From Malacoraja senta (lineage: Eukaryota), in contig JAXLNO010000033.1 in NCBI GenBank assembly GCA_038087875.1, positions 1-64,000 of the forward strand: a DNA stretch of 64,000 bases, written 5' to 3'. Positions 61,472-64,000 of this stretch are shown here, piece after piece (the stretch's first letter is position 1; the number at the start of each line of letters is the position of its first letter). The notes beneath the pieces are model-generated. The model was not told the origin of the DNA. It worked only from the letters and a program-made list of their open reading frames with translations, and made no database searches. Both the position numbers and the translations under genes were made by a program.

Positions 61472-61781
61472 GTAGGCCATGATGTCCATGGAACTATGTT
61501 CTGGCAGTTGGGAGATGTCATGGGATCTCTCAGCTTCATGCACTAAATAAGGATCAATACCGTTCAAGGAGACTTTTTGCACATATTGTTCATACTCCTC
61601 AGTTGCTAGATTTGAGGCAAATTGCGACAATTGAACGGATACGGGAGCAGAGGACGGGCTCGCTACATGGGAAGCCATGGTGAGTGCTTACCTGCAGTTC
61701 ACCGCGTGTACTCCAGTTGGCGTTGCGTGGCAACAGTACGGGTCACGGGTCGTGACCTCGACAGCCGTGCAACCTCCCTAT

Positions 61782-61935
61782 AGTCCGGGTTGGGTCTGAA
61801 CTGGGATGTGTGGAACCGGAGCTGGAATCCATGAGGTAAAAGATGGATGCGCAGGCAAGTCCCGAGAAAACAAACGTCGTAACTGTCCTCCCTACGTGTT
61901 TGTGAGCAGTAGAACGTAAATTGACAGCCAGTCAA
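61782..61935 (-). mobile_element. Penelope ORF N-terminal fragment (upstream half of the ISL2EU target)
   Basis: FLGTCLR.HLLPHGFQLRFHTSQFRPNPDY. Confidence 0.6.
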
Positions 61936-62264
61936 ACTTGATTCAATAACGAAATGCGAGTCAGGAAGTTAGCATCTCCGCTCCCAAGTTTAATGACTTT
62001 TCAGTGCTGTCACATTCTTGTCATTGAAAAAGAGTGAAAACCATAAAGGAAAAGGAAGATACACAAATTACTGTCCTTTACAGAAATATACATTTTGATG
62101 GAAATAAACAAATCTTCTGATACAGTGAAACATATAGGGCAAAATATACAATAAACATAATCCAGCTAATGCCACTGCAAATCCTATTCACTGTATGTTA
62201 ACTATGCTACAACATTACTGCATACTAGCAAACTGAACATTCACTTCTTCTTCTGTCATATGTC

Positions 62265-64000
62265 TTTTTTTTTTTGTGATATACATTTTTATTAGAAGCA
62301 AACATATTATAATGTAGAGTAACATATTATAATGGGAGAAGAAAACACTTTTCATATACATCAATCACTCATACATTATTAAATTTTTCAATTGTCAGTT
62401 AATTCTGCTTCTAGTGTTTTTTTTTATATAGATAGAAAAAGAAAAATAGAGAGAAAGAAGAATTACAATATCAAAAAAGAAAAAGAGGTGGAAGGAATTA
62501 CTTATAATACGTCATAGGAGATAAGTTCGTAGGTTATGAAATATAATTACATCTAATCCTGAGTTCAAGCTTCAGTCGGGCTTTCGCGCTGGGCCACTCT
62601 ATCCCTTCAAATAGGCAATGAATGGAGCCCATATTTTAACAAAAAGTTCTTGCTTGTCCATTAAGACAAGTCTAATTCTTTCTACATGTAGGGTCTCCGA
62701 CATTTCCACAATCCACATTTTAATTGTGGGGGTTGTAGGGCCGTTCCAGAATTTTAATATTAATTTTTTCCCAGTTATTATACTGTAGTCAAGGAAGTTT
62801 CTTTGGCTTGTTGTGAGTGTTAAACTTTGTTCTGATATCCCAAGTATTATTAATTTTGAGTCTGGAGCCAATTTGGTATTAACAACTTCAGAGATTATTT
62901 GAAAAATATCAGTCCAGTAATTTTTAATTGTTATACAATTTGCAAAGGTATGTGTTAAATTGGCCTCTAGATGCAGGCATTTATCACATATAGGAGAGAT
63001 ATGTGGGAAAATTCTATTTAGTTTTATTTTGGAGTAATGTAATCTGTGTAAGACTTTAAATTGTATTAAAACATGTCTGGCATTTAACGAACATTGATGT
63101 ATATGTTGTAAACTTTCGTCCCAAATATCTTTCGTAATAGGATAACCTAACTTATTTTCCTATTTATGTCTATATAGTTCCATCGGTGGTACCTCGTTAT
63201 TTAGGAGAATGTTATAAATATAAGCTATTAATTTTTCAGTGTTAGGATGCTTATTCAAACATTCATCAAGAATTTCTGGTTCCCTAGTCCTATAAACTTG
63301 TGTATTGGATTTAACATAATCTCTAATTTGTAAATATCTGAAAAAGTTATTTGAGTGTAGTCCATGATTCTGTTGTAACTCTTGAAATGACAGAAAGATG
63401 CCTTCCCTATAAAGATGTCCAATCCTTTTAATTCCATAATGTTTCTATTGTATAAAACCTCTATCCAATATGGATGGCTTGAATAGAGGATTATTTACAA
63501 TGGGAAGACATAGTGGTATATTATTCAGTTTTAAAGCCTTTTTTAATTGTTTCCAAATTCGTATTCCACTATGTATTATAGGGTTTTCCTTATAGGTTTT
63601 TTTATGCAATTTTGTGGTAGCAAATATAATCGAACCTATTTCAAAAGGTAAACAGTCTTCCTTTTCCATCCTTAACCATTCTGGTTGTTGGTCCATTTCT
63701 TCCAGCCAGAAATTCATGTTTTTAATATGGACTGCCCAAAAATAAAATAAGAAATTTGGCAAAGCCAAACCTCCGTTGCTCTTTGACTTACATAAATGTT
63801 TTTTACTTATTCTATGATTCTTATGATCCCAAATAAAGCTTGTAACAATGGAGTCGACTTTTTTGAAAACGTTTTTTGGAATATATATCGGAATTAATTG
63901 AAATAAATATAGTAGTTGTGGTAAGAAAATCATTTTTATAGCATTAATTCTACCAAGCATTGAAATAGGAAGCGTTTTCCAGTACTGAATATGTTTGTGT
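62265..64000 (-). mobile_element. L1 ORF2 3' part, running off the window
   Basis: GRINAIKMIFLPQ, GGLALPNF, KKLILKFW; poly(T) at 62265. Confidence 0.92.

Larger units (their letters stand above)
57605..61678 (-). pseudogene. ISL2EU accessory gene: SWIM Zn finger, YqaJ/lambda-exonuclease fold, PHD finger
   Basis: AHCDCKAGLGEVCTH (about 61025-61070); TRQQ..S.LW...GRITAS, WG...E, SGL..P.L.ADG, E.NCP, YYYQVQ.Q; CYC....GKMIMCDN..C...WFH..C. Confidence 0.85.
42216..61779. mobile_element. ISL2EU-like (PHIS/Harbinger-related) DNA transposon with five nested insertions
   Basis: Convergent THAP-HTH transposase (+) and SWIM-YqaJ-PHD gene (-); right end ...tgcaacctccct|at; left end reduced to ggttgca; both flanks are Penelope ORF. 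Confidence 0.75.

Overview
Eukaryotic, almost entirely transposon-derived window. It is most likely a cartilaginous fish (skate/ray-like), inferred from the mix of HE1-like tRNA SINEs, CR1, Rex1, Penelope and L1/Tx1 elements. There is no prokaryotic content or CRISPR array and no confidently identifiable host gene; only a weak CpG/YY1 promoter with candidate exons at about 3.8-5.5 kb. From left to right it contains: the 3' end of an ERV (IN tail, env lacking its membrane anchor, 3' LTR); several MITEs and SINEs; a hAT-bounded composite; a degenerate hAT with a Gypsy element in its intron; a Penelope>Vingi>L2 nest; and a second, TIR-complete hAT. The largest structure is a ~19.5 kb nest (about 42216-61779). 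An ISL2EU/PHIS-type DNA transposon (THAP-HTH transposase converging on a SWIM-YqaJ exonuclease-PHD gene) sits inside a Penelope ORF. It has received a near-intact L1, a CR1, a structurally complete DIRS, a hAT/Tc2 composite MITE with a large foldback, and a 60-bp L2 tail. Hammerhead-ribozyme-like cores occur in two Penelope tails. All family calls come from motif recognition by eye, not database searches.
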